DNA of 64,000 nucleotides from Batkoa obscura (Eukaryota): NCBI GenBank assembly GCA_030770535.1, contig JASVEC010000002.1, positions 2,294,001 to 2,358,000 of the forward strand, read 5' to 3'. Shown piece by piece: positions 1 to 11,955 of this stretch (position 1 is its first letter; each line of letters starts with the position of its first letter). The notes under the pieces were generated by a model. It saw only the letters and a program-made list of their open reading frames with translations, ran no database searches and was not told where the DNA came from. The position numbers and the translations under genes were made by a program.

Positions 1-4
1 ATAT

Positions 5-103
5 GGGGGTGTTTTTTTAGACTTCATTACTTTTTCCATTTCTTAAGCACTATTTGAACAGAAAATTTGTTAGTAAAATTCTTAAACACAAAGATACATC
101 CCC
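5..103 (-). mobile_element. ~97-bp MITE, inserted in the Sola-like transposase (for all copies, strand = the strand carrying GTATTT...TACTAAC...AG)
   Basis: GGGGGTGT...ACATCCCC terminal inverted repeats; ATAT TSD at 1-4 and 104-107. Confidence 0.9.
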
Positions 104-267
104 ATATGCTGAATCATGATTCAATATTTCAGATGAATAATCAAAGTAAACTTTGCCTATTGTTTTATCATCTTTTAAATATAAAACACTAAAACCTAAT
201 ACTGATATAGCTTGTTTATTATAATGACCTAAATTTATTAAATCTGGTTTTGTTCCTATTTCCATAT

Positions 268-362
268 GAGGATGTATTTTTTCGTTTAAGAATTTTGCTG
301 ATAATCTTTCCACTCAAATAGTGCTTAAAAATGGAAAAAGTAAAGACAAAAAAAACATCCCC
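268..362 (+). mobile_element. ~97-bp MITE, inserted in the Sola-like transposase
   Basis: GAGGATGT...ACATCCCC; ATAT TSD at 264-267 and 363-366; removal restores DFKQNMEIG in frame. Confidence 0.92.
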
Positions 363-1558
363 ATATTTTGTTTAAAATCTAAAATCATTATACAACTTCT
401 ATTATTTAATTTTTTAATAGTTTCATTAAATGTGTTTTTTTGAGTATCAACACAGAATTTATGTAATTTGTATAATTTTTCTTCTTCGTTGAAAATTTCT
501 TCTATCTCTCTGCTTTGTTTTTTAATTGCTGTATTTATTTTATTTTCAAATAACTTTTTTCTAACTGTATACTGAGCACATATATTACATAGATCCGTTT
601 TTCTTGCTGGATTTTTGAAATCACTTGGTATATATTTAAAAAATGTTGACCTAGCTACTGCTTTATCTTTTAGATCATTAAAATATTTACTATATATCAT
701 TGATTTATTAAATATTGTATAATAGTTTCAATTTGCTCGTCTTTGATTTTTTTTGTATTTTTAATAATAAGTTGTAATGTTGATATTTTATTATTATTAC
801 TTATTTTTGAATAATCATATTGATTTCTATTTATATTAAACCCAATATTTTTACATTCATCAAAAGAATATACTGAGGCTATAGTTGATAATAATGCTAC
901 TTGTTGGTTTTTGTTTCCTGTTTCCCTTAAAGCACTAATTTTATACATTGGTTGATTAAGTTTATTATTATCGATAGTAAACTTTGATAGTATATCTTTC
1001 CTCTTTTTGTTTTATTATAAAATTACATAAGCCTTGGATTGTTATAATTAGCTCTTAAAATTGATGTGAATGACTTACAATGTTTATATTGTGTACTCCT
1101 CCCTATTGTAATGAAATTTTCAAAAATTCCATTTCGATGTTTAGTTATGAAAGTTTGCATTTTATTTTTATTTCTACTTCAACGAAAAATAAAGTCAACT
1201 AACTGTATTTATATAATTACATAATCATATAGTTATATATTATATCTATTAAATATCTAACACAACTAACAAAACATATAGTTAGGAAAGTTAGCTATTT
1301 AAGAAAAGGAAATAATTAAAATAAGTTTAAGTAGAGAGATTTAATTTTAGGCTTTTTAGATTTAACCATCATATTAGACACAAATTTAAAATTTTAAAAT
1401 TTGGATTTTCTAAATTCTGAAACCAATTAGGATAGCCTCTCATAGTTACTTTTAAAATTAATTCACTTTAAATATGTGAAAGGAGCGATGTAAACTAATA
1501 TCATACGAAAATTTATTTTTAAGTTTATGAGCATATATTCTGATCATAATAAGTAATA

Positions 1559-2223
1559 TTAATTTTTTAAAGCAAATGGTCCATACTTTGAGTTGATAGG
1601 GAAACCTGTAGCATATCCATCATGAAGGTTTAATATAGAAAGGTGTTTTTTTTTGGCTTCATCACTTTTTCCATCTTTTAAGCACTATTTGAGCGAAAAA
1701 TTTGTTAGTAAGATTCTTAAACATAAAAATACATCTCCATAGATTGAAATCGATCTTCAGTAAATTCTTTATCTTTTTGTTCTAATAGTTCCCATTCAGT
1801 GTCTACAGTCAGACCAAATGGTATCATCATATTAGCATCAATATAGCTTTCTAGGAATTCAGAAGTTTTAGTACCATTTGGAAATAGTTTTGGTTGATTT
1901 GGATATCTTTTTTCTAACTCATTAGCGATATCTCTACTATTGTAAACAACACTTCCATCAGGTAGCTTTAAAGTAGGTACTTTTCTCCATTTATTGTCAC
2001 TAAAAATAAAGTTAATACTAAATATTAACAGCTTATTTATTTATTACGTTAGATTTAATATAGTATCATTAACATCCTTAAAAGTTAATTTAACCTCATT
2101 GAAATCTAAGTTCTACAAAGTTGTTAGTTTTCATAGTAGATATGAAAAATAAACATTACACTATACAAAAGGAGAGAAACATGAATTTTATTAGCTATTA
2201 GTGTATAAAATATATAAAGCCAT
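1559..2223 (-). pseudogene. Glutathione S-transferase (LigE/GST-FuA-like) pseudogene
   Basis: Spliced reading NLDFNEVKLTFKDV...KWRKVPTLKLPDGSVVYNSRDIANELEKRYPNQPKLFP is a GST N-terminal domain. Two introns; exon 1 (2223-2160) is 64 nt and frameshifted; MITE insertion; short C-terminal ILNLHDGYA. Confidence 0.7.
1639..1738 (-). mobile_element. ~97-bp MITE, inserted in the GST pseudogene
   Basis: Family body sequence; ATAG TSD at 1635-1638 and 1739-1742. Confidence 0.88.
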
Positions 2224-2769
2224 AATTTTTTAAAAAAATTTATAATCTATTTGGATGTTATTTGTTTTTATTTATATACCAATTTAATTTATGTGATTCT
2301 GTTTTCATGTACCATGTTACCTATTTTTTGATCCTAAAAAAAGCAATTAAAACGAAACTCCGTGTTCTTACTGCGTAATATCTTTAAAAAAAGAATTTGT
2401 ATCAAATCTCATGATTATCCTTTTGTTACTTGTTAAATAATAACTGGCAGGTTATTGTACATCAACTTCGCATTTTGTTATTACTTTGTGTAAATAATAT
2501 TTCAAAAGTTTTATTCCATTTATAGTAAATTAAGTTTAAAAAAATATAGTAAGTGGTACCCTGTTTCAGTATTTGATTATTGAACTTTTTTTATTTCATG
2601 CTATATAAAAAATAATTAGGTTTTTAATATTGTTGTAAATTGTTAAAAATATTTTTGATGCCTTTTTACAGTACGAGACTTTATATAACAAGTAAATAAA
2701 AAATTTTCTATGTAGAAAAAACCAAAATTGAGTTAAAACCTTAGTATAGTTTATTTAAAACTATTTTGC

Positions 2770-4445
2770 TTATTTTAATAATCCAGTTAATAGTAAAATC
2801 AAAATTTCTTGAGTTTCTTCTGGACTAACAATCCAAGAAGTACAACAAGCCGATCTAGTAGCATAGTCATTGCCAGTTGATAAAAACTAAAAAAGGTTAA
2901 TATTTAATACAATTTTTTTTTTCGTCCTTACCTGATCTCCAAAATGTAAAGTTTGTTCCGGTTTAGCATCTAAATAACTTTGAAGTATTTTTACCCCAAT
3001 AAGTTTATTACCAATATCAACCCAAACATCAGAGCCGCCATTAAATGCACAGAATGGTATTTCAGAACAATTATCTTTACTACTTAATACTTGTAAAGTT
3101 TCTAATAAATGAGATTGAGTAGATAATACGCATTCATCCTTTTTAGATATAATTAAGTATCGTTTAAAATTAGTAATTATGATAGCTTACTAATTGCTCA
3201 CGCATTACTTTTTTTCCAGTTTGAGGTATAAGCCCTAAAGTACTTTATTAGGTTACTAAATAGATAAACTCATATACTATATTACCAACAGCACGTGATT
3301 TTCTTAAAATGGTAGTCGGTAATTTCATCTCTTCAGTACAGCGACGAATATTCTGCTCAGCTGAATCAAGTAAAACTTTAATATGATCTTCAGACCAATC
3401 TCTTGATCCTGGCTTGAGATAGATTGATTCTTTGATATATTCAAGTCTGCAATTTTCATTACATTGAAACAAATAATTACATTCCCCACCTAATTGAATG
3501 GTCAAATATTACTCTTATAGTTTCTATTTTACTTACCAAATACAAAGAAACGTTTTAATTGTTCAGGGGTTAATCTGGAATTGGAAAATCCTTTTAGGAG
3601 TCCAGATAATCGACCTTCATATTTAATTGAGTCATCACCGTAACCTGCGGCGGTTACAACTGCAACAAATAAATCTTTTTCAAGTAAACTAATAAGAAGA
3701 GATACAAGCTCACTGTCTTGCTCAAAATCTTGTCCATCAGCGTCTATAACATGTTAACAATCTAAAATTTAATATTCCTAATGTTATTACATAATGTCAT
3801 ATCTCCATCACTGAATTTTTATTAGTACATTATTATAAAGAAAACTAAAAACTTACAATGTTACTAATTTAAGGTTATTAGATACAGCTTGAACTTGAGC
3901 AACGTTTAAAATTCTATAAAAATTAGTCAATTAAAATGATAAGTTTATAAATTTACTTTCTAATTTCATTAAAACTAGGAGGTACAAATCTACGAGCTGA
4001 GATACACTGCTGAGCATTTACTTTTAAAAATGCTTCCTTTAATGGAAGATCAGTAAAAAAGTTACCAACTGAGGGAACCAAACGATGTAAACGAGAGTGT
4101 TCTCTGATACCTGAATCACCATTATTGGAATCTAATAATTTTGAAATAACTTTATACCTTGTTCAGTTTTTTTTCTATGCTCCTATATTTCATTTTAGCT
4201 TTAATCATGGAAATTAAATTTCTGCTTACCTCAACCAAAACTTCAACTCTTTTTAAAATCTCTGCAAACTTCTCTTCATTAGACTCACTAACTTCTAAAG
4301 CCCTTTGTTCATCCTCTAAAGTACCTTCGTAACGTGGACGTGAATGTAAAACGAAAGGGGTCATTAACATGGATTTTATAAACTCGATAAAAGGATCTCT
4401 TTTATGAGCTCTAAGTTGGTAATTGACACGATAAATACTGGACAT
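2770..4445 (-). CDS. ISN1: IMP-specific 5'-nucleotidase 1 (multi-exon)
   Basis: N-terminus MSSIYRVNYQLRAHKRDPFIEFIK; spliced HAD motif FDGDMTLY; TAAGYG; FNGGSDVWVDIGNK; GDQF-x-STGND; stop at 2770-2772. Confidence 0.92.
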
Positions 4446-6705
4446 TTTATTTTAAAAAAAATCAAAAATGGTTTCTCATTTTTATCAGTGACTGTTTTAA
4501 ATACTATTCATGTAACGAAACATTCGAACCAATCAATTAAACATTTGATATGAAGATATTAAACTATTCTACCATTATTGAATTTCATAGTGAATTTAAT
4601 AACTCTAAGAACAATTAAACTCACATGGCCTATATTCTTTAAGTAATAATTAAAATATATAACCGATAGGCTATGTTTAATGAAATACATAGATTGAATA
4701 CTTTAAAGTATCCGATAAGAAACTTCAGCAAAAAAGAGAACTATATTCACGAAATATACATTATTGAGTGTTAACATATTACTATCTTTAACAAATGACT
4801 GTTTGGTATATTTGAAATAGTGTTCCCTTTTTTATATACATTTGTGATAATATTTTAAAAGCATTAAACAGCGAAAAGCAATATAGAAAATAGTTTAAAT
4901 TATAGTAATATACATAAGATTAAAAAATTGAAATATAAATGTTAATTATTAATGACTTTTATTAACACAATGTAAAGGGCGCCCCAAGAAATAAGCCTAG
5001 AAAAATCGTAAGTAAAATAATCAAAAAAAGATTGAATAAAAAATAGGAAATCAGAAATGACAAAGTTAGGTAGCGTGTCAGTTTTACATCAAAGAAATGC
5101 AGACAAATGCCTTAATCATCATTTTATAAAATAATTAAACTGAAGAAAATACTTACATTAAAAATAATTAAAGATAACATTATATCCTGTTTATTCGGAT
5201 GATTTATATAGGTGTTTTTATCTTTGTGGGATTAATTTGACACTTGTAATTTATTGTTGAGCCAAATTCCTTTAGAATAAGTGAAATTATTAAATTTGTA
5301 ATATTATCTTTTAATAAGAATAGTTTAATCTCCACGTGGGACAATCCCAATTTAAAAGAAAAGATTAGCAAATTTAATGAACCACTTAGGCTTAAATAGA
5401 ATTAGTTATATCCCTTTATGTAGGAAGTTATGGGAGCGTAAAAAAAAGCAAAATCTTCAAACTTGCATAAGATCCTCCCTTAAGTTTTTGCAAACAAGGC
5501 AACAAATTCAAGCTCCGGAGTATCTTATTTTTCCGAGCCAATTAAATTTCATCTATTAATCCCACAATTTCGAAATGCTAAGTTTTACAAACACACTGCA
5601 CAATAATGAATTGAATTTACAATATTTGCTTTAACAGATCAACATTAATGAGGGTTCATATAGATGGTTCTGCATTAAATGCATTGTTATCGTGGACCTT
5701 CAAAATGAAGAGGAATGAAACCCTTTCCACGCCGACCTCCTTAATCTTTAGTATTTATTTACTTCAGAATTGATATAGTGGTTGGTACTTTCAAAGGCGA
5801 TTACATTTCATATAATAAAAAAAGTTAAAAATTAAAGGTTTTCAAATTTCTACAATAGAATTTCAACTTTAATCCCAAAAATCACTTGAAAACCTGAAAG
5901 CTCAAGTGTTTTAAAAATAATAAGGCATGTTTAGCACAACTAATGACTTATTAAAACAACTTTAGATAGATTAGCTTGAAAGGAATAGACATTTTATGTA
6001 AAAAATATTTTATGAGGTGTTAGAAATTCGATCTGTCAAAATTTACTCGATGAATTTTGATTTTTAATCGATCTAATGATCAAAAAATCTCTTTTTGTAA
6101 GTAAACATAAGTATTCTATAATTAAGCTATACATTAATGTAATTACTGGGTATCATCAATGATGAAATTTCACCACTAACTCCTTCCAACCCACATTTAT
6201 TGCTAGAAGATGAAAAATGGGGTTGTATAAATCTATTAATAATATTTGATTAAGGGGAAAAATAAGCAAGGCTAAATATAAAATAACAAGAGTTAAATCA
6301 AGTCCCATATTTAATTAAAACCATATTAGATGTTTATTATAAAGCTAAAGTCATTAAATAATAAGATTATCATATATATTTATAATAACTTTGGATAAGG
6401 AAAATTAGATTAATACTAATTTTACAGTTTAAAATAGAATATTTTTTAAATTACCTTATTTCAGTTAAATTCGCCCGTTTAATGAAATATAAACAAAATA
6501 AAGCAAATAAGAAGAATCATTAAGACAAATAAGTAAGTATAATTGGTTGTATACTTATTTTCCCTAAACTAAACTTATCTATGCAATTAAATTATTTTTA
6601 ACCATTTCATGATATTAAAAATAGACAGTTTCAAATCAACATAAACATGATATAAAAGCAACAAAAGCAAATAATAGCTAAAATAACTCATTAAATTTGT
6701 AAATC

Positions 6706-7170
6706 ATGGTAGTATTATACGACGTTCAACCAGGTGCATTAGCCTATATCAATTCAGCTGCTGTAGAAACTCAATTTTACTTTACACAGCTTAATGATGG
6801 TATTAAAATTGATATCAATGTATTAAAGGATTTTCCAAACATTACGGATCAATATCCTTATCACATTCACCAAAGTCCTGTAGCTCCAGATTGTACCAGT
6901 ACGAAAAAGCATTTAGATCCATTTGATGTTAACCCAAATGGTAATTCGACCACCTATAGCTGTAAGATGGATGATTTTTCTACATGTGAGGTTGGGGATC
7001 TTTCTGGCAAATTTGGGAAATTAAAGGGAGGTGCTACTAGTTATACATTGTTTGATCCTACCTTGCCTAAGGTTTCTGAATTAGTAGGACAAAGATCGAT
7101 TGTCATTCACTTAAATGATGCTGCAAAAACAAGGATTGGTTGTGCAACTATCGAGGGTATCGATGAATAA
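6706..7170 (+). CDS. Cu-only (SOD5-like) superoxide dismutase, no signal peptide
   Basis: YHIH, HLDP, CEVGDLSGK, RSIVIH, RIGCATI; Zn-binding histidines and electrostatic loop absent; intronless; TATAAAAG about 50 bp upstream. Confidence 0.88.
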   Translation: MVVLYDVQPGALAYINSAAVETQFYFTQLNDGIKIDINVLKDFPNITDQYPYHIHQSPVAPDCTSTKKHLDPFDVNPNGNSTTYSCKMDDFSTCEVGDLSGKFGKLKGGATSYTLFDPTLPKVSELVGQRSIVIHLNDAAKTRIGCATIEGIDE

Positions 7171-8138
7171 TTTAAACTGCATTTCTATTTTACATAATAA
7201 TAATAATAAATTTTAAAAAATATATCGACTTTAACTTTGTTATTTTTATAAAAGCTTTCTATTACAACTTTAATTTTGTCAAGTAAAATCACTTACAAGT
7301 TAATTCGAATTTATTTAAAAATATTGAGTATTTTAACTATGTTGAGGTTTTTATAACTATTACAAAGGGAGTGAGTTGATAAAAGTTTATTAATTTCTAT
7401 TGATTTTTATCAAAGTTGAGCTATCAAAAGAATAGTGTATATAAAAAGTATTATGATCCCATGTTACAATGTTATTCCAATGTTCAGTTGGAATGAAATA
7501 TCATACTAGCTATTTATTTGATGTTAAAAATAATACAAAAACATATTTTTAAATTGAAGTACCCTTGTCCTTGACAAATAAAAATAAAACATGATTTTAT
7601 TATTACCATTATACTATAAATATAGTTTTCTGATTCATATTAATTTAACAATTATATTAGAGACATTTATTAATTTACAATTTGATGTTTATTTTTATAA
7701 AATTTTATTAAAGTATAAAATGCTATAAATATAGGCGTAAAGTGTAGAATAAAGAGTGACATTTGATTACATAAATTATTATTTACTAAAAATAGATTAT
7801 TAAATTTAATTTTACTAGTAAATATTATTATTTTTACATAAAATAGTATCTAGTTTATCCATCTAATTACTTCTACATTCATTTAATTATAATAGCATGA
7901 AAAGTATCAAATTTCTTGGTGGCGGTGCCTTAGCGATGCGCTTTTATTAAGTTTTTAAGAGAACAACTTAAGACTTGACGAAGCGGAATAATTGAATAAT
8001 TATCTATAAATAAATCATAAAGCAAAAATAGATATTTGTATTTATCATTCTATAAACTACAATTTAAAAAAATAGTATAAATACATTGAAAAAATCAACG
8101 TAACCCGATATTAAATTTAATCTACAACAATAACGATA

Positions 8139-8954
8139 ATGCAATTCTCTTATTCATTACTCTCATTACTTGCTATTGCTAGCACTTCTGCCTATACTAT
8201 CTCTTCTAATGCTCACTTAGCTAGAAGAGCATTCGGAGCTATTGCTGTTGAATGTAAATATGAATCAAGGTTGCCCCAAGCTACTACTGAACAAGCTTTC
8301 TCAAACATCATGGATGATTGTAATAATGCTTACAGCACCCTTTTAAACAGAGACCCATCCCAACAAAATGCTATCGCTTTACAAAATGAAATTGTTGCCA
8401 TCAAGGAAAACTTTGCTAAATATAAAGATAATTATTTCTTAACCCATCCAACTGATGGTAATGGTGGTGTTAACCCACCTAAACCTGGTCAAACTATTGT
8501 ACAACGTTGTAATATGGAAGCTAAAATCTCAACTGTTCAAAAGAGAGAAGATTTTGATCCTATTTTAGCCTCTTGCAGTACCGCTTATAATGAACTCTTA
8601 AATGCCGACCAAAACAGACTTAATGAGCTCAATTCCGAATGGATTTCAGTCCAAAACAGAATCAAGGTAGCTCAAGAAGAGTTTGCTAAAACTCACCCTC
8701 CTTCTGGGGGTAACAATGGTGGTAATAATGGTGGTAACAATGGAGATAAATCAGATGATATTACCAAGAAAGTCAACTTTAATGATCGATTAGCTAAAGC
8801 TCATTCTTATTTAGATTTCGATATTTTGATTCAAGATTGTAATATTGCTTTTGTTACTCTTAACACCGATTCTTCCAAAACTGTCAAGCTTCAAAATGAA
8901 CTTGAATATTTAAAGGCTAAAGTTGTCAAAGCCAAGGCCGACTTCAGACCTTAA
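8139..8954 (+). CDS. Secreted protein of unknown function with three ~65-aa helical repeats
   Basis: Hydrophobic signal peptide MQFSYSLLSLLAIASTSA; LARR Kex2-like site; three alignable repeats separated by G/N/P linkers; strong codon bias; TATAAA upstream. Confidence 0.85.
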   Translation: MQFSYSLLSLLAIASTSAYTISSNAHLARRAFGAIAVECKYESRLPQATTEQAFSNIMDDCNNAYSTLLNRDPSQQNAIALQNEIVAIKENFAKYKDNYFLTHPTDGNGGVNPPKPGQTIVQRCNMEAKISTVQKREDFDPILASCSTAYNELLNADQNRLNELNSEWISVQNRIKVAQEEFAKTHPPSGGNNGGNNGGNNGDKSDDITKKVNFNDRLAKAHSYLDFDILIQDCNIAFVTLNTDSSKTVKLQNELEYLKAKVVKAKADFRP

Positions 8955-9380
8955 ATTTTAGACTTTAGAATGTATATTGAATAAAATGTATTTTTAGTTT
9001 ATCTTCAATTTTGATTGCAAATGATTTTTATATGATTATATATCCTACATAATAATGACATATATTAAATAATAAGATGATATATTAAAATGATAACTAC
9101 AGCATCAGAACAAATAATAAGATATTTAAAAGTTGCATTGAAAGTGAAATGGTTTAATGACTTTTTACTATAATCTAAACTTAACAAGCAATACTACAAA
9201 TAAACTTGCCAGTTTTTAATCTTTTTTTGTGTGATTTAGAATTAATGATAATAAAATAAACCACTGTAGTTCTCACTTTCTTATTGTTTAAGACTACATG
9301 ATAGAATATGATGTCAAGTTATAAGTTGTTTTTAGATATTGGAGGTAGTTTTAAAATTATAGTAAAAAAAGTCTAGATAT

Positions 9381-9477
9381 GGGGGTGTTTTTTTTGGCTT
9401 CATTACTTTTTCCATCTTTTAAGCGCTATTCAAGTGGAAAAATTGTCAGTAAATCTTGGATACAAAAATACATCCTC
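9381..9477 (-). mobile_element. ~97-bp MITE
   Basis: GGGGGTGT...ACATCCTC; ATAT TSD. Confidence 0.9.
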
Positions 9478-9630
9478 ATATAATTTTGAAAGAATTACTA
9501 AGATTAGGATTTTTGATCTAATATCAACTTGATTAAAAAAATTACTATTAGTTTATACCTACCTATATTTAAAAAGTTTTTATTTTAATAATAAAAGTTA
9601 AAAGAAAATGACTATAATATAATTATGTAT

Positions 9631-9727
9631 GGGAGTGTTTTTTTGCCTTTACTACTTTTTCCATCTTTAAGCACTATTTGAGCGGAAAAATTGCTAGTAA
9701 AATCCTTAAACACAAAGATGCATCCCC
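9631..9727 (-). mobile_element. ~97-bp MITE
   Basis: GGGAGTGT...GCATCCCC; flanks GTAT/ATAT. Confidence 0.88.
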
Positions 9728-10445
9728 ATATGTTTATTAATTAATTTAAAATTATAATGTATAATTAGCTAATAAAAAAGTTTATTTTTAAGCTTTTAAA
9801 AAGCCATAAATTTAAAAATTCAAATTTACATATGTATTATTTAAAATATAAAAGTAATATAATGAACTTATGAAATAAAAATGACAAGCAAGACTTAGAA
9901 ATATATTTGTTAAGTTTTATTTAAAAAAACGTATATTAAAATAATTAAAAAGTTTAATCTTTAACTAATAGTTTTAAAAATTAATTTCTGGAAAATAGAA
10001 CTTTGTACTATTTTTTTATTGTGTAATGTAAGCTTTTAATGATAATAGAAAGAGTATATTGATATATACTCTAAATTGTTTTTATTGGTTAATTTCTTTT
10101 ATCTTTAAACTATTTTTTAAAAAGTGTCTTCACTAAATAAAAATAATCTAAATTAGGCACTTGATTTTTTTGATTGTAATCTTTGTTGTGTAATTTATTA
10201 CCAGGTCAATTTCTTCATAGCATAGTTTAATCGACATTTATAAGTTTAATATTACTACATGTCATAGCATTTTGACATTTTCGGTTGTAATTTCAATATA
10301 AAATCAACTACTACTCAGGTAATTACTATCATTTTAGTTGTTAAATAAACTTAAATGTTTTTGACAAAAGGAAAGCAAGGTTATGAATTTAAAAATATTT
10401 AACAAAAGCATGAATTTATTCTCTATAAGTTTATGTTAAGTGACT

Positions 10446-11560
10446 TTAGTTTTGAAATTTACAAATAGGTAAGTAATATTTTTTCAATTGCCAGTAACGT
10501 CTTTTAACTCCATCCCAAATCTTATTGGAATCTGGATCCATATCAATTTCTACATATTCGGTTTCAATACCCATGTCCAATAAATGTAGTTGAGCAATCT
10601 GGCAATAAACGTCATGGAACAATTTTACATCCCCACCTAAACCATTAAAGAAGGAATAGACTCCATCTTCAGCTAAAACATTTGGTATAATCTCATGAAA
10701 CTGTTTTAAATCTTTATAATATTCTCCAAAAGTATCAAAGAAGATTCCATCATATAACTGGTTACAGATTTCATCCTTTTTATCTTGCCATCTTCCAAAA
10801 ACAATTCTTACCCCTGGTTTTTGATCCCATCCTAGTGATATCATTTGCTTATATACGTCTGGATGTGCTTCTACAATAGTATGGTTTTTTGGCTCTAATT
10901 TTTGTAACTCAGAATCTATTAACCCTAAGCCAAAGCCTAAACTTATATTAAATATTTATCATATTGAAAAACAAATTCTTTTACCAATATTCAAAACGTT
11001 CAGCCCTTTTTTAGGTGCAATTACTTTGGCATGCTCTTCCATAAGAGGTCCCTCCCATCCCATCATGACACCGTTATCTTCATAGTCTAAGATCTTGTCG
11101 GAAGAAAATTTTAGCGGCAATTTCAAATACTCATCGTTTGGAATAGCGTTTTCTTCACCTTGAACTTCGTCTAAAATTCCCAAAATTAACTCTGCTCTTA
11201 CTCCTTCATCAAGGATCTCTTTATAAATATCTTCATGACCTTCATTTTGACACACTTCACCAGCAGAGTTACCAGCTTTGTTCAATACATTCCATGGGTG
11301 GCGGTTATCTAATAAAGTTCTTATTTTTTTAATTTTAATACTTTTGGTTGTAAAATTAGTTACCTAACCACTTTTTTACTACCAAGCTTAGCAGCCCAAT
11401 GTAATGGGGAGTCTTCGGTTTCAGGATCTCTATACCATACTAATTCTGGGAACTCATTTATCAATTTGATGGCTTCAGTTTCATTTTTATCTATCAAACA
11501 AATAATTTGAAATTTTTTGCCGTACTCTTCTAAACTCTGCTCGTTGTTATTTGAACTCAT
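10446..11560 (-). CDS. RMT2: Protein arginine N-methyltransferase 2 (ankyrin + GAMT-like domain), 3 exons
   Basis: SPLHWAA ankyrin; GHPWNVL; VMMGWEGPLMEEHA; LNIGFGLG; IVEAHPDV; DGIFFDTFGE; YSFFNGLG. Confidence 0.92.
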
Positions 11561-11859
11561 TTTGAAAACAAAAAAAGAAACAATGATTTTTAATTTTAGG
11601 GATTATTTTAAGATTATTTTTCGAAAATTTATGCATGCAGTTGATTATTAACCAGTCGAATAAAATTAATCTTTATAAATTCACTTTAAATCAAAATATT
11701 CAAATGCTTACAATATATTGCCTAATAATATAAAAAACCTAAGTAATTATAATAGGACCTTAACAGAAAGACAAATAATTAGGAAATAGTATAAACCCGT
11801 TCTTTACTTAAATAAAGATTAATTTGATCTTAATATTAGTGTATTTCACTCTATATGAT

Positions 11860-11955
11860 GGGAGTATTTTTAACTTCATTATTTTTTCCATTTTTTAAGC
11901 GCTATTTAAGCAGAAAATTTGTTAGTAAAATTCTTAAATACAAAAATATATCCTC
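11860..11955 (-). mobile_element. ~97-bp MITE (diverged)
   Basis: Family body TTCC...AAGCGCTATTT...GTTAGTAAAATTCTTAAA; ends in TCCTC. Confidence 0.8.

Larger units (their letters stand above)
1..1439 (-). mobile_element. Decayed Sola-like DDE DNA transposon, copy 1; runs off the left edge; transposase pseudogene starting at ATG 1160
   Basis: Terminus on the minus strand GAGGCTATCCTAATTGGTTTCAGAA matches 63272 on plus. ORF pieces 697-948, 314-700 and 108-263 give F-x-x-P-x-x-KTDLCNIC...H...ILDFKQNMEIG...YFDYSSEILNHD. Contains stops, an internal deletion and two MITE insertions. Confidence 0.75.

Noticed and set aside
5300..5800. GC-richer patch with a 60-aa ORF, CACGTG and a TCCACG/CGTGGA complement; considered as RNase P/MRP or telomerase RNA
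   Set aside because: No convincing conserved CR-I/CR-V boxes or telomere template, and the ORF has no recognisable motif. An Infernal/Rfam scan would be needed.
6155..6230. Possible C/D snoRNA (ATGATGA followed by AATTTCACC)
   Set aside because: No terminal CTGA D box, and the rRNA complementarity is short.
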